DNA of 64,000 nucleotides from the NCBI GenBank assembly GCA_965262915.1, contig OZ253564.1, forward strand, positions 4,991,039 to 5,055,038, read 5' to 3'. The translations under genes were made by a program, and so were the position numbers. The notes beneath the pieces are model-generated. The model did not search any database and was not told the origin of the DNA. It worked only from the letters and a program-made list of their open reading frames with translations. The DNA is from Candidatus Spongiisociaceae bacterium. GTDB taxonomy: Bacteria > Actinomycetota > Acidimicrobiia > Spongiisociales > Spongiisociaceae. Below, piece by piece: positions 11,134 to 22,241 of the stretch (positions are counted from its first letter, which is position 1; each line of letters begins with the position of its first letter).

Positions 11134-11206
11134 TGGGCCCGGCGGGGATCGAACCCGCGACCTTCGGATTAAAAGTCCGCTGCTCTCCCGACTGAGCTAC
11201 GGGCCC
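11134..11206 (-). tRNA. tRNA-Lys(UUU), CCA not encoded
   Basis: GGGCCCG acceptor stem, TAGCTCAG D-arm, CTTTTAA anticodon loop, GGTTCGATCC T-loop. Confidence 0.95.
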
Positions 11207-11266
11207 GATTACCAGGGTAGCCGCCGGGTGGGCAACGGATTGGCTCCGGGGCGATAGGCTCGGCGG

Positions 11267-13075
11267 GTGATCGGCTACGGGTACTCTGGACTTCCTCCGG
11301 TGGGCGTGACGGACGATGCGTTCCTGGACGACTTGGTGGAAAGGGGCCATCAGGCGTTCGAGTTGGCCTTCACACGGGGGTTTCCCTGGAAGGAGAGGCG
11401 GTGCGCCCGCTTCGGACATCTGGCGGCCGAGAGGAGGATTCGGCTGTCGGTCCACGCCCCCTACTTCGCAGTTCTCACCGTGGCTGACGAAGACCGGGCT
11501 AAGCAGTGCCGGGCGGCCCTCGAGCACACCGTCAAGCTGGGAGCCGAACTCGACGCCCGGATCGTGGTCGCCCACCTGGGTGCGCGGCGGGGGGAGGAGC
11601 CCGGCGTCCTGCTCGACCGCATCCGGGAACACCTGGATTGGATCGGCGCCAAGGTGTCGGGCCTGGGAGTGGGCCTCGGCCTGGAGACGACCGGGCGCCT
11701 CTCCCACATGGGCAGCCTGGGGGATATCGCCCTGCTGGCCGCCGAGTTCCCTTTCGTGCGCCCGGTGGTCGACTGGGCTCATGTCCACGCCATCAGCCGG
11801 GGCGGTCTGGAATCTGCCGAGGCCTTCGCGGCGGTGCTCGGATTCCTGCGCGAGAACTTCCCCGGCTGGAAGATCGACCCCCTCCATACCCAGTTCAGCG
11901 ACGTCCTGTACGGCGAGATGGGTGAGATCCGGCATATTCGGTACGGAGACGGAACGCTACGGGTGGAACCCCTCATGGAGGCGGTCCGGGCAGCCGGAAT
12001 GCGCATGACGGTAATCTCGGAGTCCCGCGACACCCGCTCGCACGATGCCATTCACACCGGAATCCTCGACGCGCTCGCCGCCCCGGCGCCCGGCGGGCCG
12101 GATGGCCGGGAGGTGGCGAGCGGAGCGGTCGAGTTCCCGGTGGTTCCCAGGGCCAGGGAGATGGCCGACGGGTATCCCTTGACGGGCTACGAGCGGCCTC
12201 TGCGCCTCTCCAACCTCGACAAACAGTTCTTCCCCGACGGGTACACGAAGGGAGACCTGATCTCGTACTACGCGTCGGTGGCTCCACTTCTCCTCCCGCA
12301 TTTGGCGGACCGAGCAATAGTGATGGCCCGATTCCCGGACGGCTCGGAAGGGGGGTTCTTCTACGAGAAACAGGCTCCAGGTCATCAGCCCGACTGGATG
12401 CAGCTCGCCCCCCTCGAGTCGGCAGCCAGGGGCGGGATTATCGACTTCGTGACCGCCCTGAACGTGGAATCACTGATGTGGCTGGCCAACATGGGCTGCA
12501 TCGAAATCCACCCTTGGCTGTCGCGGCTCCAGCATCTCGACAGCGAGGACTTCGCCGTTTTCGATCTCGATCCTGCGGAAGGCGCGAGCTGGGAGCAGGT
12601 CGTGTCGGTGGCCAAGCTGCTCGGGGTGGCACTGGATCGTCTGGGACTGCGCGGCTATCCGAAGACCTCGGGTGCCAGCGGGATCCATGTCTACGTCCCC
12701 CTCGACCCGGTACACGGATACGGGAGGGTGCGTCGCGTCGTCGAACAGGTGGGTCGTCTCATGGCATCGGCCAATCCCGCAGACGTGACCATGGACCGCC
12801 ACATCCCCAACCGGAGGGGGAAGGTCTTTATCGACTCGGGACAGAACCGGGCGGGCGCCACGATCGCCTCGGTCTATTCGGTGCGCCCCCGACCCGGAGC
12901 GCCGGTGTCGACCCCGATCCGCTGGGAGGAACTGGATCAGGTCACTCCCGGGGATTTCACCATCGCCACCGTGTGGGACCGGATCTCCCGCTACGGCGAC
13001 CTGTTCGCTCCGGTTCTGGAAGGCGGTCAGGTTCTGGACCGGGCAGAAGATGCCCTGGGCTTCGGCAGGGACTAG
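11267..13075 (+). CDS. Fusion: endonuclease IV-like TIM barrel + LigD-type primase-polymerase domain
   Basis: N-half SVHAPY, AHLG, LETTG, DWAH, H.QFS, ISES; C-half LSNLDK, TKGDL..YY, FDLDP, KTSG..GIHVY, YSVRPRPGAPVSTP. Confidence 0.85.
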   Translation: MIGYGYSGLPPVGVTDDAFLDDLVERGHQAFELAFTRGFPWKERRCARFGHLAAERRIRLSVHAPYFAVLTVADEDRAKQCRAALEHTVKLGAELDARIVVAHLGARRGEEPGVLLDRIREHLDWIGAKVSGLGVGLGLETTGRLSHMGSLGDIALLAAEFPFVRPVVDWAHVHAISRGGLESAEAFAAVLGFLRENFPGWKIDPLHTQFSDVLYGEMGEIRHIRYGDGTLRVEPLMEAVRAAGMRMTVISESRDTRSHDAIHTGILDALAAPAPGGPDGREVASGAVEFPVVPRAREMADGYPLTGYERPLRLSNLDKQFFPDGYTKGDLISYYASVAPLLLPHLADRAIVMARFPDGSEGGFFYEKQAPGHQPDWMQLAPLESAARGGIIDFVTALNVESLMWLANMGCIEIHPWLSRLQHLDSEDFAVFDLDPAEGASWEQVVSVAKLLGVALDRLGLRGYPKTSGASGIHVYVPLDPVHGYGRVRRVVEQVGRLMASANPADVTMDRHIPNRRGKVFIDSGQNRAGATIASVYSVRPRPGAPVSTPIRWEELDQVTPGDFTIATVWDRISRYGDLFAPVLEGGQVLDRAEDALGFGRD

Positions 13076-13114
13076 CTCCGGGCCCTGTCCGAAGGTGCTG
13101 CCCCAGCGACTTGG

Positions 13115-13723
13115 CTAGCTGGGAGCCAGCCCGTTCCAGACGGTGTCGACTGTGTGTTCTATGCGCTCCCTTGACTCGGGAGCACCCAGAATGCGTCTCA
13201 TGAACATCGCCCCCACCATCGCCTGGACGGCGATCTCCAAGTCGGCATCCGGCCGTATCTCTCCCCGCTCCACGCCACGTTGAAGCACCATGACCGCCTC
13301 GTCCCTGCGGGGGTGTATCAGCCGTTCGCGGAATAGCTCCAAGAGTTCAGGGCTGCGGCGCTCCTCAACGAGTAGAGCACCGATCATGGCGATGCCCGGA
13401 CCGTTCTCGAGGGCATGCTGGTTCTGCAGGATCATCTCAACGATGTCGGTGCGTATGTCACCCGTGTCCGGGAGCTGGCCCAGATCGTCCCTCAGCGTGC
13501 CCACGGCGGCGGCCACCAGCTCTTCCTTGGACGAGTAGCGCCTGTAGATGGTGGTCTTTCCGACTCCGGCCTCGGACGCCACCCGCTCGATCGACATACC
13601 GGCATATCCCCGGTCCATGAGTAGCTTCAGAGTGGCTTGCAGGATGGCAACGTCGACCTCAGGGTCGCGAGGGCGACCGCGCTTGAGGTCTCTCGGTCTC
13701 GTAGTCTCGGTGGATCCTGTCAT
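13115..13723 (-). CDS. TetR/AcrR-family regulator
   Basis: RGRPRD...GYAGMSIERVASEAGVGKTTIYRRYSSKEEL. Confidence 0.92.
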   Translation of the reverse strand: MTGSTETTRPRDLKRGRPRDPEVDVAILQATLKLLMDRGYAGMSIERVASEAGVGKTTIYRRYSSKEELVAAAVGTLRDDLGQLPDTGDIRTDIVEMILQNQHALENGPGIAMIGALLVEERRSPELLELFRERLIHPRRDEAVMVLQRGVERGEIRPDADLEIAVQAMVGAMFMRRILGAPESRERIEHTVDTVWNGLAPS

Positions 13724-13773
13724 CGGGTCGCTTCTGCTAGAGCCCCTCGAGGGTTGGAGGTTGTGTCTTCACT

Positions 13774-15315
13774 TCAGGATTCCGCGTCCTCGCGCTCAGG
13801 AAGGTGGTGCGGCGGCATGAACTTGGCGATGAGCACCGCTCCGGTCAGCGCCACACCGGCGCTCACCAGCACCGCCAGACCGAGTGCATCCGTGAAAGCT
13901 GCCTTTGCCGCATCCGCCAACCGGATACCGGCCTCGGCCGGTATCGTGGATGCGATCTTGGATGCTGCACCTACCGAGTCACCAGCGGCACTCGCCGCCT
14001 CGGGCGGCAACCCGGCCACTGCCTCATCCATCCTACCGCTGTAGGCCGTGTTGATGACAGACCCGATCACAGCCACGCCGAAGGCCCCCGCCACCATCCG
14101 GGTGACGTCGTTCATCGCCGAGGCTATGCCGGCGTTGGCTTCCGGAACGGCTCCCATCACCGAATCGGTGGATGGCGCCATCACGGTGCCCATACTGAAC
14201 GCCATGAAGAAGAAGGTCAGGCCGACGATCCAGTAGTCGGTACCGGGATCCCAGAAGGTGATGGTAACGAGCACTACCGTCAGAACCCCTAGGCCCAGCG
14301 CCACTACTTTGTTGGTACCCAGCTTCCCGACCAATCGATGGCTTGTACCGGCTCCGGACGCCATGCCCAAGGCCATCGGCACCATTCTCACGCCGGCCTC
14401 CAAGGGCGTGTATCCCTGGACGAACTGGAGGAACTGCGTCATCCCGAAGATAATGCCGAACAAGGCGAAGAACCCGATGGAGATTCCGCCCGCTCCGGCG
14501 GAGAACCGTGGGTTCTTGAAGAACGACAGGTTGAGCATCGGGTGTTCAGTCCTGATCTCCCAATACCCGAAAGCCGCAACGAGCAGCGCCCCACCCACGA
14601 GACCGGCAATGACCAGCCCGTCGGCCCACCCTCGGACGGGCGCCTCGATGATCGAGTACACCAGGGTCGTTACGGCCGTTATCGACAGGACAGCGCCCGG
14701 AATGTCCAACGGTGCTGAGTTCGGGTCCCGACTCTCGGGGACGAGAACGAGTCCGGCCGCGAGGGCAAGCCCGATGATCGGAATGTTGACCCAGAACACG
14801 GAACCCCACCAGAAGTGCTCGAGAAGAAGACCCCCGGTGACGGGGCCGAGACCGATGCCCAATCCGGCGACCCCGGCCCATATCCCGATCGCTCTCCCGC
14901 GCTCCTCCCTGGGAAACACGTTGGTGAGGATCGACAGGGTGGACGGCATTATGAGCGCCCCTCCGATCCCCATCAGAGCTCGCGCGGCGATGAGCTGTGC
15001 GCTCGATCCCGCGTACGCCGCGAACAAACTCGACAGGCCGAACACCACCAGCCCGACCTGGAGAGCTCGCCTGCGCCCGAATCGGTCACCGAGCGAACCC
15101 ATCGTCAGCAACAGACCGGCGAACACAAGAATATATGCGTCGATCATCCACTGAAGCGACGTGGAAGTGGCGCTGAATTCCTGCTGAAGGGTGGGGATCG
15201 CTACGTTGAGGATGGTGTTGTCCAGGCCGATGATCAGCAAGCTCATCGACAGGACACCAAGAGTCCACCACCTCCTCCGATACACGGCCGACCCGGGAGA
15301 GCTTGAACTGGTCAT
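13774..15315 (-). CDS. MFS efflux transporter, DHA2 (14-TMS) type
   Basis: LDNTILNVAIP, GSLGDRFGRRR, ARALMGIGGA, W..VFWVNIP. Confidence 0.92.
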   Translation of the reverse strand: MTSSSSPGSAVYRRRWWTLGVLSMSLLIIGLDNTILNVAIPTLQQEFSATSTSLQWMIDAYILVFAGLLLTMGSLGDRFGRRRALQVGLVVFGLSSLFAAYAGSSAQLIAARALMGIGGALIMPSTLSILTNVFPREERGRAIGIWAGVAGLGIGLGPVTGGLLLEHFWWGSVFWVNIPIIGLALAAGLVLVPESRDPNSAPLDIPGAVLSITAVTTLVYSIIEAPVRGWADGLVIAGLVGGALLVAAFGYWEIRTEHPMLNLSFFKNPRFSAGAGGISIGFFALFGIIFGMTQFLQFVQGYTPLEAGVRMVPMALGMASGAGTSHRLVGKLGTNKVVALGLGVLTVVLVTITFWDPGTDYWIVGLTFFFMAFSMGTVMAPSTDSVMGAVPEANAGIASAMNDVTRMVAGAFGVAVIGSVINTAYSGRMDEAVAGLPPEAASAAGDSVGAASKIASTIPAEAGIRLADAAKAAFTDALGLAVLVSAGVALTGAVLIAKFMPPHHLPEREDAES

Positions 15316-15333
15316 AGCGTGACCCCTCATATA

Positions 15334-15383
15334 GAAACGATACGGTAGCGTTTCATTATTAGGGGAATAGGCCTGTTCGTCAA
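15334..15383 (-). promoter_or_regulatory. Putative MFS/tetR promoter with overlapping TetR operator
   Basis: TTGACG-17 bp-AATAAT followed at once by the 21-bp imperfect palindrome GAAACGATACGGTAGCGTTTC (15334-15354). Confidence 0.6.
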
Positions 15384-15446
15384 GTCCTCCGGTTGAGAAG
15401 CACCCAGACCGCCGAGACTCCTAACTTCTGAGTAGTTACTCCTAGA

Positions 15447-16196
15447 GTGGGGGCTGTGACAGATGGGCCTCTCACATACCGGGTCGAGGAATTGGCCACT
15501 GAGGCGGGTATAGGCGTCGATACCATCCGCTACTACCAGGGGATGGGGCTGTTGCCCCCTACGGATCGCGATGGCCGCGCGGTCGTCTACGGACCTGCAC
15601 ACCTCACCCGGCTGCGGACCATCCGGGCGCTGGCGGATGACGGATTCACGCTCGCGCAGATCAAGCGGCTCCTGGACGAGTCCGGACACCCGCTACTTGT
15701 CTCGCTAGCCGGAACGGTTGTCGGATTGACCAGAGCCGAACTGGCCGAGCGATCCGGACTGGCACCGCCATTGGTGGACATTGCGGTCTCGACCGGCCTC
15801 ATCGAACCGCTGGGCGGGGGTGGCGACGAGCGTTTCTCACCCGATGTGGCACCGATGCTGGCCGCCGGACTGTCACTGCTGGAAGCCGGTTTCCCGCTCG
15901 ACCGGCTTGCCGCTCTGGCTACCCGCCATGCAACCGGGGTGGAGAGCGTGGTCGACGAGGCGATCGACCTGTTCAAGGAACATGTACGATCCGGCCAGTC
16001 GGACAGCCCCGATGCCCTCGCCGGGTTGTTCCTGACATTGGTAACCCACGTGACCAGGCTTGTCGCTCAGCACTTCCATCACACCGTCGCAAGCCGAGTG
16101 AAAGAACGACTCGAAGGATCCGACGACGTGGCGCTGGTCGCAGCCCTCGAGAACGCCGGGAAGCAACAACTCGTCATCTCCACCGAATGGCGATGA
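15447..16196 (+). CDS. MerR-family regulator with a second HTH-like segment
   Basis: YRVEELATEAGIGVDTIRYYQGMGLL; GFTLAQIKRLL; LTRAELAERSGL. Confidence 0.85.
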   Translation: MGAVTDGPLTYRVEELATEAGIGVDTIRYYQGMGLLPPTDRDGRAVVYGPAHLTRLRTIRALADDGFTLAQIKRLLDESGHPLLVSLAGTVVGLTRAELAERSGLAPPLVDIAVSTGLIEPLGGGGDERFSPDVAPMLAAGLSLLEAGFPLDRLAALATRHATGVESVVDEAIDLFKEHVRSGQSDSPDALAGLFLTLVTHVTRLVAQHFHHTVASRVKERLEGSDDVALVAALENAGKQQLVISTEWR

Positions 16197-19100
16197 GCGA
16201 CAGGAGCCATCTGGAGAAACGGATCGCCCAGGCAGCTGCAAGGGCGGCGGTTTCAGGTAGGCCATCTGTGGTCACCGTGGCCGCCCGAGCGGATGGTGCC
16301 GACCCCTTAGCCGTAGCCTTGGGAAGCGACCCGCCATTCGCATACTGGGAGATGCCGGACCGTGGTTTCTCCTTTGCAGCACTCGGCGAAGCGCACCGGA
16401 TAGTTCCGGGGCGGGAGACCAACAGATTCAGAAGCGCCTCGGCGGCCCTGCGCGACCTGGTTACCCGGACCCACCAAGTGTCCCTGGACGGAGCAGAACG
16501 GACGCCGATGCTGGTGGGCGGCTTCTCGTTCCATCCGGAGGGCGGTTGGCCAGGGTTCCCGGCCGGCTGCCTTGCCTTGCCCGAATTGGCCCTCATCCAG
16601 CGCGACCGGGGCAGTGTGTGGGTGGCAGCGACCGAGATAACGGACGCGGATGATCCTGAAACCCGAGCGGACGCGCTGATCGAACGAATCGAGAAGGCCC
16701 GTACCAACCACATTCCACGAATCACTCCAAAGGTGTTCGACCGTCCTGAAGCCGGCAGCGTCGACCTCACCGACCCCGCTTTCCTGGACGTGGCGGCCGT
16801 AGCGATCCGCCAGGTTCGTAGCGGAACCCTCAGGAAGGTCGTCCTGGCTCGGCAGGTCGAGTTGGACCATCGTCCCGATCTCGGCCCGTTTCTGGCCGCG
16901 CTCCGCCAGATCCACCACACCTGCGCTGTCTTCGCCTTCGGCCGCGAGGGGGGCTCGGTCTTCTGCGGAGCAACGCCCGAACTTCTGGCCCGGGTCGACG
17001 GCGTCGGCGTATCCACGCTCGCCCTGGCCGGCACCGCTCCCCGGGGCAGCAGCCGTGCCGACGACGACCTGCTCGCCGACCGCCTCCGTAACGATCCCAA
17101 GGAACTGGAGGAACACGAATACGTGCACTCCGAGGTCTTGCGCCGGCTGGATGAAGAGGGCTTCGTCGTTGCGCCTCCTGCACCTACCGAGGTGATGAAA
17201 CTAGCCGGTATCCAGCATCTGGCCACTCGGGTCACCGCCATCGCCCCGGTCGGGACCAACGTCTTGGACGTGGTGGGAGCCCTGCACCCAACCCCTGCCG
17301 TGGCCGGCCTGCCAAGGGATCGCGCCGTGGAGTGGATCGAAGAGCAAGAGCCACTCGACCGAGGCTGGTACGCCGGACCGATCGGCTACTGCGATCTGGC
17401 CGGCAACGGTGAGTTCCATGTCGCCATACGTTCCTGCCTGATCGAAGGGGAGCGCACCCGGCTCTTCGCCGGCTCCGGCATCGTGGGAACCTCCTCGCCC
17501 GAGCGGGAACTGAAGGAGACCGACCTCAAGCTGGGCGCGATCCTACCGTCGTTGTTCGGGATGCAGGACCACCGCTGGCGTACGTATGCAACCGCCGACA
17601 CTCTGCTCGCTTCCCTCCGCTCGGGAGGGGTGGAAAGCGTCGTGATCTCACCCGGTTCCCGATCCACCCCTCTGGTCGTCGCCGCGGCGAGCGAGGGACC
17701 ACCCTCGCACGTAGTGCTCGACGAGCGGTCAGCCGGTTTCGTGGCGCTGGGAATGGCCAAGGCTTCCGGTAGGCCGGCGGCGCTGATCTGCACATCCGGC
17801 TCGGCCGCAGCCAACTACCTGCCGGCCGTCGTTGAAGCCGACCGGGCCCGCGTGCCACTCGTGGTGCTGACCGCCGATCGGCCACCCGGGTTTCTCGACA
17901 GGGACGCTCCCCAGACCATCGATCAGGTAGGACTCTACGGCTCCCATATCCGGGCGGCTGTCAACCTACCCGTCGCCCACGAATGCAACCCGCGCCAGGT
18001 GCTGCAGGAAGCGATCCGGGCAATCCGGGCCGCCGAGCCCCCCAATGCGGGCCCCGTCCACGTCAACGTCCCCTTCGCCAAACCCCTCGAGCCGCCCACC
18101 CTCCGCGAACTGCAGGTCGACCTACCGGTAACCGGGTCAGTACCGCGACCGACCGGTGGCGCGGGCGCAGCCTCGGTCGAGGCGTTGAGCAACTTCATCG
18201 GGAGGTCCGGGCGCGGGGTGATCGTGGTGGGACCGCGCAGCACTGACCCGGCCGAGCGGGAGGCTATCGCCGGGCTCGGTTCAGCATCGGCCTGGCCCAT
18301 CCTCGCCGACGGGATGTCCGGGTTAAGGGTCCTCGAACACCAGAACCTCCTCACGACGGGAGACCTCCTGCTGCGGGATACATCCTTCGTTGCGGCCCAC
18401 CGGCCGGACGCAGTGGTGCGGATCGGACCCACCCCGACCGGATCGACCACCCAGGGCTGGCTGGAGTCACTCGATGTTCCCGTTGCCGTGCTGGACCCGG
18501 ACTTCCGATGGTCAGTTCCCGGACCGGAACTGGTCCTGCGCGATCCTATAGGCCCGCTCCTCGAAGTGGTGTCACCCCGTCCCCTCGGACCCGGATGGTC
18601 GGCTTCGTGGCGTGCAGCCGAGGAGCGCGTACGCCGCCGTCGCGCGGTCGAGCGCTCCCAGCACGCCGATACCGAACTGGCTGTCACGGCTGCGGTGCTC
18701 GAGTCCGAGCCGGTGGTGTGGACTGCCTCCAGCATGCCGGTGCGGCACGTGGACGCGATGATGGAGCCGGGATGCGGCGCGCTGGTGCTCGGCAATCGGG
18801 GCGCGTGCGGGATCGACGGAACCATCGCCTCGGCAACCGGCGCTGCCCTGGCGCTCGGAAGGCGGGTGACCGCCCTGGTAGGCGACCTCGCCTTCCTCCA
18901 CGACGTCGGTTCGCTGGCCGCGGCCCGGAGACTTGAGGTGGATCTCTCGATAGTCGTACTGGACAACGGAGGAGGCGCCATCTTCGAAGCTCTCCCCTAC
19001 CTGCGATCCCTCCGCGAGGCGGGTGACGAGAAGGCCTACGCCAAGGGACGGGAACTGTTCGTCACCCCCCACAGCCAGGATCTAGTCGCCGTGGCGGCCG

Positions 19101-19357
19101 GATTCGGCGTGCCGGCCGAGCGGGTGCGTCCCGAAAAGCTACCCGCGGCGCTGGCCGGGGGGCATAGCCGGGCGGGCATCTGCGTCTTCGTCGTGGAGAC
19201 CGACCCGGCGGCCATGTTCGCGGCCTACGACCGTCTGGCCGGACGGTGGGACCGGCCTCGCCGACGGTCCGAAACCGCCGACCCGGCTCAGCCTTTGAAA
19301 CCGGCGATCAGGTCCTGTTTCAGGTCGGAAAGTTCGGGGCTGAGCGACACGTGGTAG
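16187..19357 (+). CDS. menD: MenF-MenD fusion (isochorismate synthase + SEPHCHC synthase)
   Basis: [31 protein letters not shown], then [36 protein letters not shown]. Confidence 0.9.
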   Translation: MAMSDRSHLEKRIAQAAARAAVSGRPSVVTVAARADGADPLAVALGSDPPFAYWEMPDRGFSFAALGEAHRIVPGRETNRFRSASAALRDLVTRTHQVSLDGAERTPMLVGGFSFHPEGGWPGFPAGCLALPELALIQRDRGSVWVAATEITDADDPETRADALIERIEKARTNHIPRITPKVFDRPEAGSVDLTDPAFLDVAAVAIRQVRSGTLRKVVLARQVELDHRPDLGPFLAALRQIHHTCAVFAFGREGGSVFCGATPELLARVDGVGVSTLALAGTAPRGSSRADDDLLADRLRNDPKELEEHEYVHSEVLRRLDEEGFVVAPPAPTEVMKLAGIQHLATRVTAIAPVGTNVLDVVGALHPTPAVAGLPRDRAVEWIEEQEPLDRGWYAGPIGYCDLAGNGEFHVAIRSCLIEGERTRLFAGSGIVGTSSPERELKETDLKLGAILPSLFGMQDHRWRTYATADTLLASLRSGGVESVVISPGSRSTPLVVAAASEGPPSHVVLDERSAGFVALGMAKASGRPAALICTSGSAAANYLPAVVEADRARVPLVVLTADRPPGFLDRDAPQTIDQVGLYGSHIRAAVNLPVAHECNPRQVLQEAIRAIRAAEPPNAGPVHVNVPFAKPLEPPTLRELQVDLPVTGSVPRPTGGAGAASVEALSNFIGRSGRGVIVVGPRSTDPAEREAIAGLGSASAWPILADGMSGLRVLEHQNLLTTGDLLLRDTSFVAAHRPDAVVRIGPTPTGSTTQGWLESLDVPVAVLDPDFRWSVPGPELVLRDPIGPLLEVVSPRPLGPGWSASWRAAEERVRRRRAVERSQHADTELAVTAAVLESEPVVWTASSMPVRHVDAMMEPGCGALVLGNRGACGIDGTIASATGAALALGRRVTALVGDLAFLHDVGSLAAARRLEVDLSIVVLDNGGGAIFEALPYLRSLREAGDEKAYAKGRELFVTPHSQDLVAVAAGFGVPAERVRPEKLPAALAGGHSRAGICVFVVETDPAAMFAAYDRLAGRWDRPRRRSETADPAQPLKPAIRSCFRSESSGLSDTW

Positions 19358-20817
19358 GTGTGGGGATTGACCAGCCGCCGCACCCCGGGATCGAGCCTGG
19401 CCAGATCGGCGGCTCGCCGCGCCCGGGCGGCCTCGATATCCCCGACACCGTCGCGTATCCTTCCTCCGCGGTCCAGTACCTTCACCCGGAGGGACTCCAC
19501 TTCGGAGACCTGGAAGTGGGTGAGGGTTCTCGTCACATCCGGATGGCTGGGGTGCACCAGGCGGATGGGGCGATCGTCCGGGTGGTGGTCGTTGAGGGTG
19601 ACCATGTCGGCAGTGGCGGTACCTCGGCTGTCGTAGACCCTCCATAGGCGCTTGCGCCCCGGGTCCGGGACCTTGGCCGGGCTCTCCGAGATCTTGATCG
19701 CCGGAGCCCACTCGCCGTCGGAGGCCTCGATCGCCACCAGCTTGAACACCCCGCTGAGGCTCGGGTAGCCGTGGGATGTGGCCAGCCGGGTCCCCACCCC
19801 GTACACCAGCCGGTCGAGCAGCCGGCCGGCCTCGACGCCGTAGCGGGCGGCCTCCTCGGCGATCTGGTTGCGGATCTGCCAGATGGTCAACTCGTCCAGT
19901 TCCGAGGACAGGACAATCGACACGTCGGCGAAGCCGGCCTTGTCCAGCAGGGCCGCGGAACGGATGGCCAGATGCGCCAGGTCGCCGGAATCGAGCCGGA
20001 CCCCCACCGGCCGGTGTCCCCGGCGGCGCAGTTCCTCGAACACGGTGATGGCGTTGGGAATGCCCGACCCGAGGGTGTCGATGGTGTCGACCAGCAGCAG
20101 GCAGTCGTCGGGATAGACATCGGCGTAGGCGCGGAAGGCGTCCAGCTCGCTTCCGGAGTCCGCCATGAAGACCTGCACCATCGAATGGGCGTGCGTCCCC
20201 TTGGACGGGAACCCCAACTGGTGGGAGGCAGCGAAGTTCGAGGACCCGACCGCTCCGCCGATCAGGGAAGAGCGGGTCGCCACGGTGGCGGCCGCTCCCG
20301 GCGCCCGGCGCATACCGAACTCCATCACCGCGGCGCCCCCGGCCGCTTCCACCACCCGCGAGGTCTTGGTGGCGATCAGGGTGGCGTAGTTGAGCCGGTT
20401 GAGGAGGGGGGTTTCCAGCAGCTGGGCGACCGCCAGCGGCGCCTCGACGGTGAGGACCGGGGTGTTGGGATGGACCACCCTGCCCTCGGGCACCGCCCAG
20501 ATGGAGGCGTCCGCGAAGCCGTCCGATCGGGTAAGCCACTCGATGAACGGGTCTCCGAACAGCCGATCCCCGGTGCTGGTCCTGATGTCTCGGAGGGCCG
20601 ACCGCTCCTCCCTTCCGAACCAGGTCCGATCGATCCAGCCCAGCAAGGGTCCCAGCCCGGCCGTGATGCAGTAGCCGGCCTGGTGGCTCCCGTAATCGGG
20701 GTACGAGCGGAACAGGTAGTCGAACTGGGCTCGTCGTTCGTCCAGCCCGTACCGGTGGTAGAGCTGCGCCATCGTGAGCTGGTAATGGTCCGTGAAAAGG
20801 ATGCCCTCGGTGAGCAC
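19288..20817 (-). CDS. pncB: Nicotinate phosphoribosyltransferase
   Basis: [46 protein letters not shown]. Confidence 0.93.
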   Translation of the reverse strand: MLTEGILFTDHYQLTMAQLYHRYGLDERRAQFDYLFRSYPDYGSHQAGYCITAGLGPLLGWIDRTWFGREERSALRDIRTSTGDRLFGDPFIEWLTRSDGFADASIWAVPEGRVVHPNTPVLTVEAPLAVAQLLETPLLNRLNYATLIATKTSRVVEAAGGAAVMEFGMRRAPGAAATVATRSSLIGGAVGSSNFAASHQLGFPSKGTHAHSMVQVFMADSGSELDAFRAYADVYPDDCLLLVDTIDTLGSGIPNAITVFEELRRRGHRPVGVRLDSGDLAHLAIRSAALLDKAGFADVSIVLSSELDELTIWQIRNQIAEEAARYGVEAGRLLDRLVYGVGTRLATSHGYPSLSGVFKLVAIEASDGEWAPAIKISESPAKVPDPGRKRLWRVYDSRGTATADMVTLNDHHPDDRPIRLVHPSHPDVTRTLTHFQVSEVESLRVKVLDRGGRIRDGVGDIEAARARRAADLARLDPGVRRLVNPHTYHVSLSPELSDLKQDLIAGFKG

Positions 20818-21062
20818 ACCCCAACGTTACCCGAGCTACCTCCCGTGACGGAAGCCGAATCATCGTTCCGCCCACGGAATCGATAGATCGGAGAATACCA
20901 TCTGCCAACCCTCCGAGGATCGACGACGCGGGACGACCCGCCCCCGGTTGAACCGCCCCCCGGTACAGGTCCGGAACCTCAACGGGTGCGCATATGTCCA
21001 CGGGTACGCATATGTATATTGGTGTATAGCGACCCTCCCGGGGTGCCACATGGGGTGATCGC

Positions 21063-22143
21063 ATGACCGGCATATGGACGGACACGGGCGATGGCTGGAA
21101 GTTGGGCTCCCCCCGGCCGTACGACGATGAAGCCACCCTGCATCGCCTCATTGCCGATTACCCGCAACTCCTGCCTCTGGCCGGCTCGTCCCGCCTGCGG
21201 GTCTTCGGCTCGGAGGTGCCGCTGGGCCCCGGATGCGCGGATATTCTGGCGGTGGAGTCCTTGGGACGCCCCACGATCATCGAGGTGAAGCTCTCCCGCA
21301 ATCGAGAGGCGCGCCGGGAGATCGTGGCGCAGGTACTCGCCTATGCCGCCTTTCTTCGAGGCTTCGACGTGGAAGGCCTGGAACGCGGTCCCCTGCGCAG
21401 CTCTCTCGTGAGGGCTGGGTACGGGTCCATCCTCGAGGCGGTGCAGGGCCAGGACCAGGAAGGTGCAGTGGACTCCGATTCCTTCGTGGCCTCGTTGCAG
21501 GAGTACTTGGATCGGGGCAGTTTCCGGCTGGTGCTCGTGCTGGACGAGGTTTCGGCCGAATTGGAGAGGGTCGTCGCCTACCTGGACGCCTTGACTCTTC
21601 AGGCCCTCACGATCGACCTGATAACTCTGAATGTTCTATGAGGTGAACAACGCAAGGATCGCCCTACCCCAACGTGTGTCGCCTGACCTCGACGCGGCTA
21701 TGCCCGTCCTGTCCTCCGGCGGGGCACGGTCATCCGGTTCCAAGGGCACCTTGTCCGATGGTACCGGCGCGTTTCGAGCCTCGATTGCGGAGACCACGGG
21801 CGAGATCCGGGCCATGTTCGACGATTTGATCCAGTGGGCAGAGCGCGTTGCCAAACTTCCCGGCGTACGCCTCTTCACGTACAAGGGAGTAGCCGAGCGA
21901 TACACCTTGCTGCCGAGAATCATGCCGGACAAGGCCGGCCTGGTGACCATCTGGAACGACAAGCAGAAACCCTACATCTCGGTGTGGCGCTCCGTGTTCG
22001 AGCGACATGCTCCTGACTCGATCGATGCCGTTGAAGCAACGATCGCGCCGCTGAAGCTCGCGCAGGGAAATACCATACACGAGATAACGCCCGGGTTTCT
22101 CGAAGCCGTGATGGCGACCTATCAGGAAGCCGACCGGCAATAG
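21063..22143 (+). pseudogene. PD-(D/E)XK nuclease-like protein (NucS C-terminal-like), frameshift near 21635
   Basis: E..L...ADILAV...PTIIEVK motif; removing one base joins LITLNV to YEVNNARIALPQRV. Confidence 0.6.
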
Positions 22144-22241
22144 GTCAGGCGGTAGTGCACGGCCGATCGGCTGGATGTCTTCCGAGCCGGGCGGGCCCCC
22201 GGCGTCCGGCTTCGGACCCGTCCGGTTAACCTCATCGGACC

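Noticed and set aside
19288-19357. 70-nt convergent overlap of menFD and pncB
   Set aside because: The tail lies beyond the MenD domain; most simply a lost stop codon, with no evidence of function.
21015-21040. Possible NrtR box between pncB and pncA
   Set aside because: GT-N7-AC spacing not met and symmetry weak.
19139-21151. 670-aa alternative-frame ORF, and many other long shadow ORFs (e.g. 31243-32673, 53073-54281)
   Set aside because: Arg/Gly/Pro-rich, no motifs, overlapping well-supported genes; expected in high-GC DNA.
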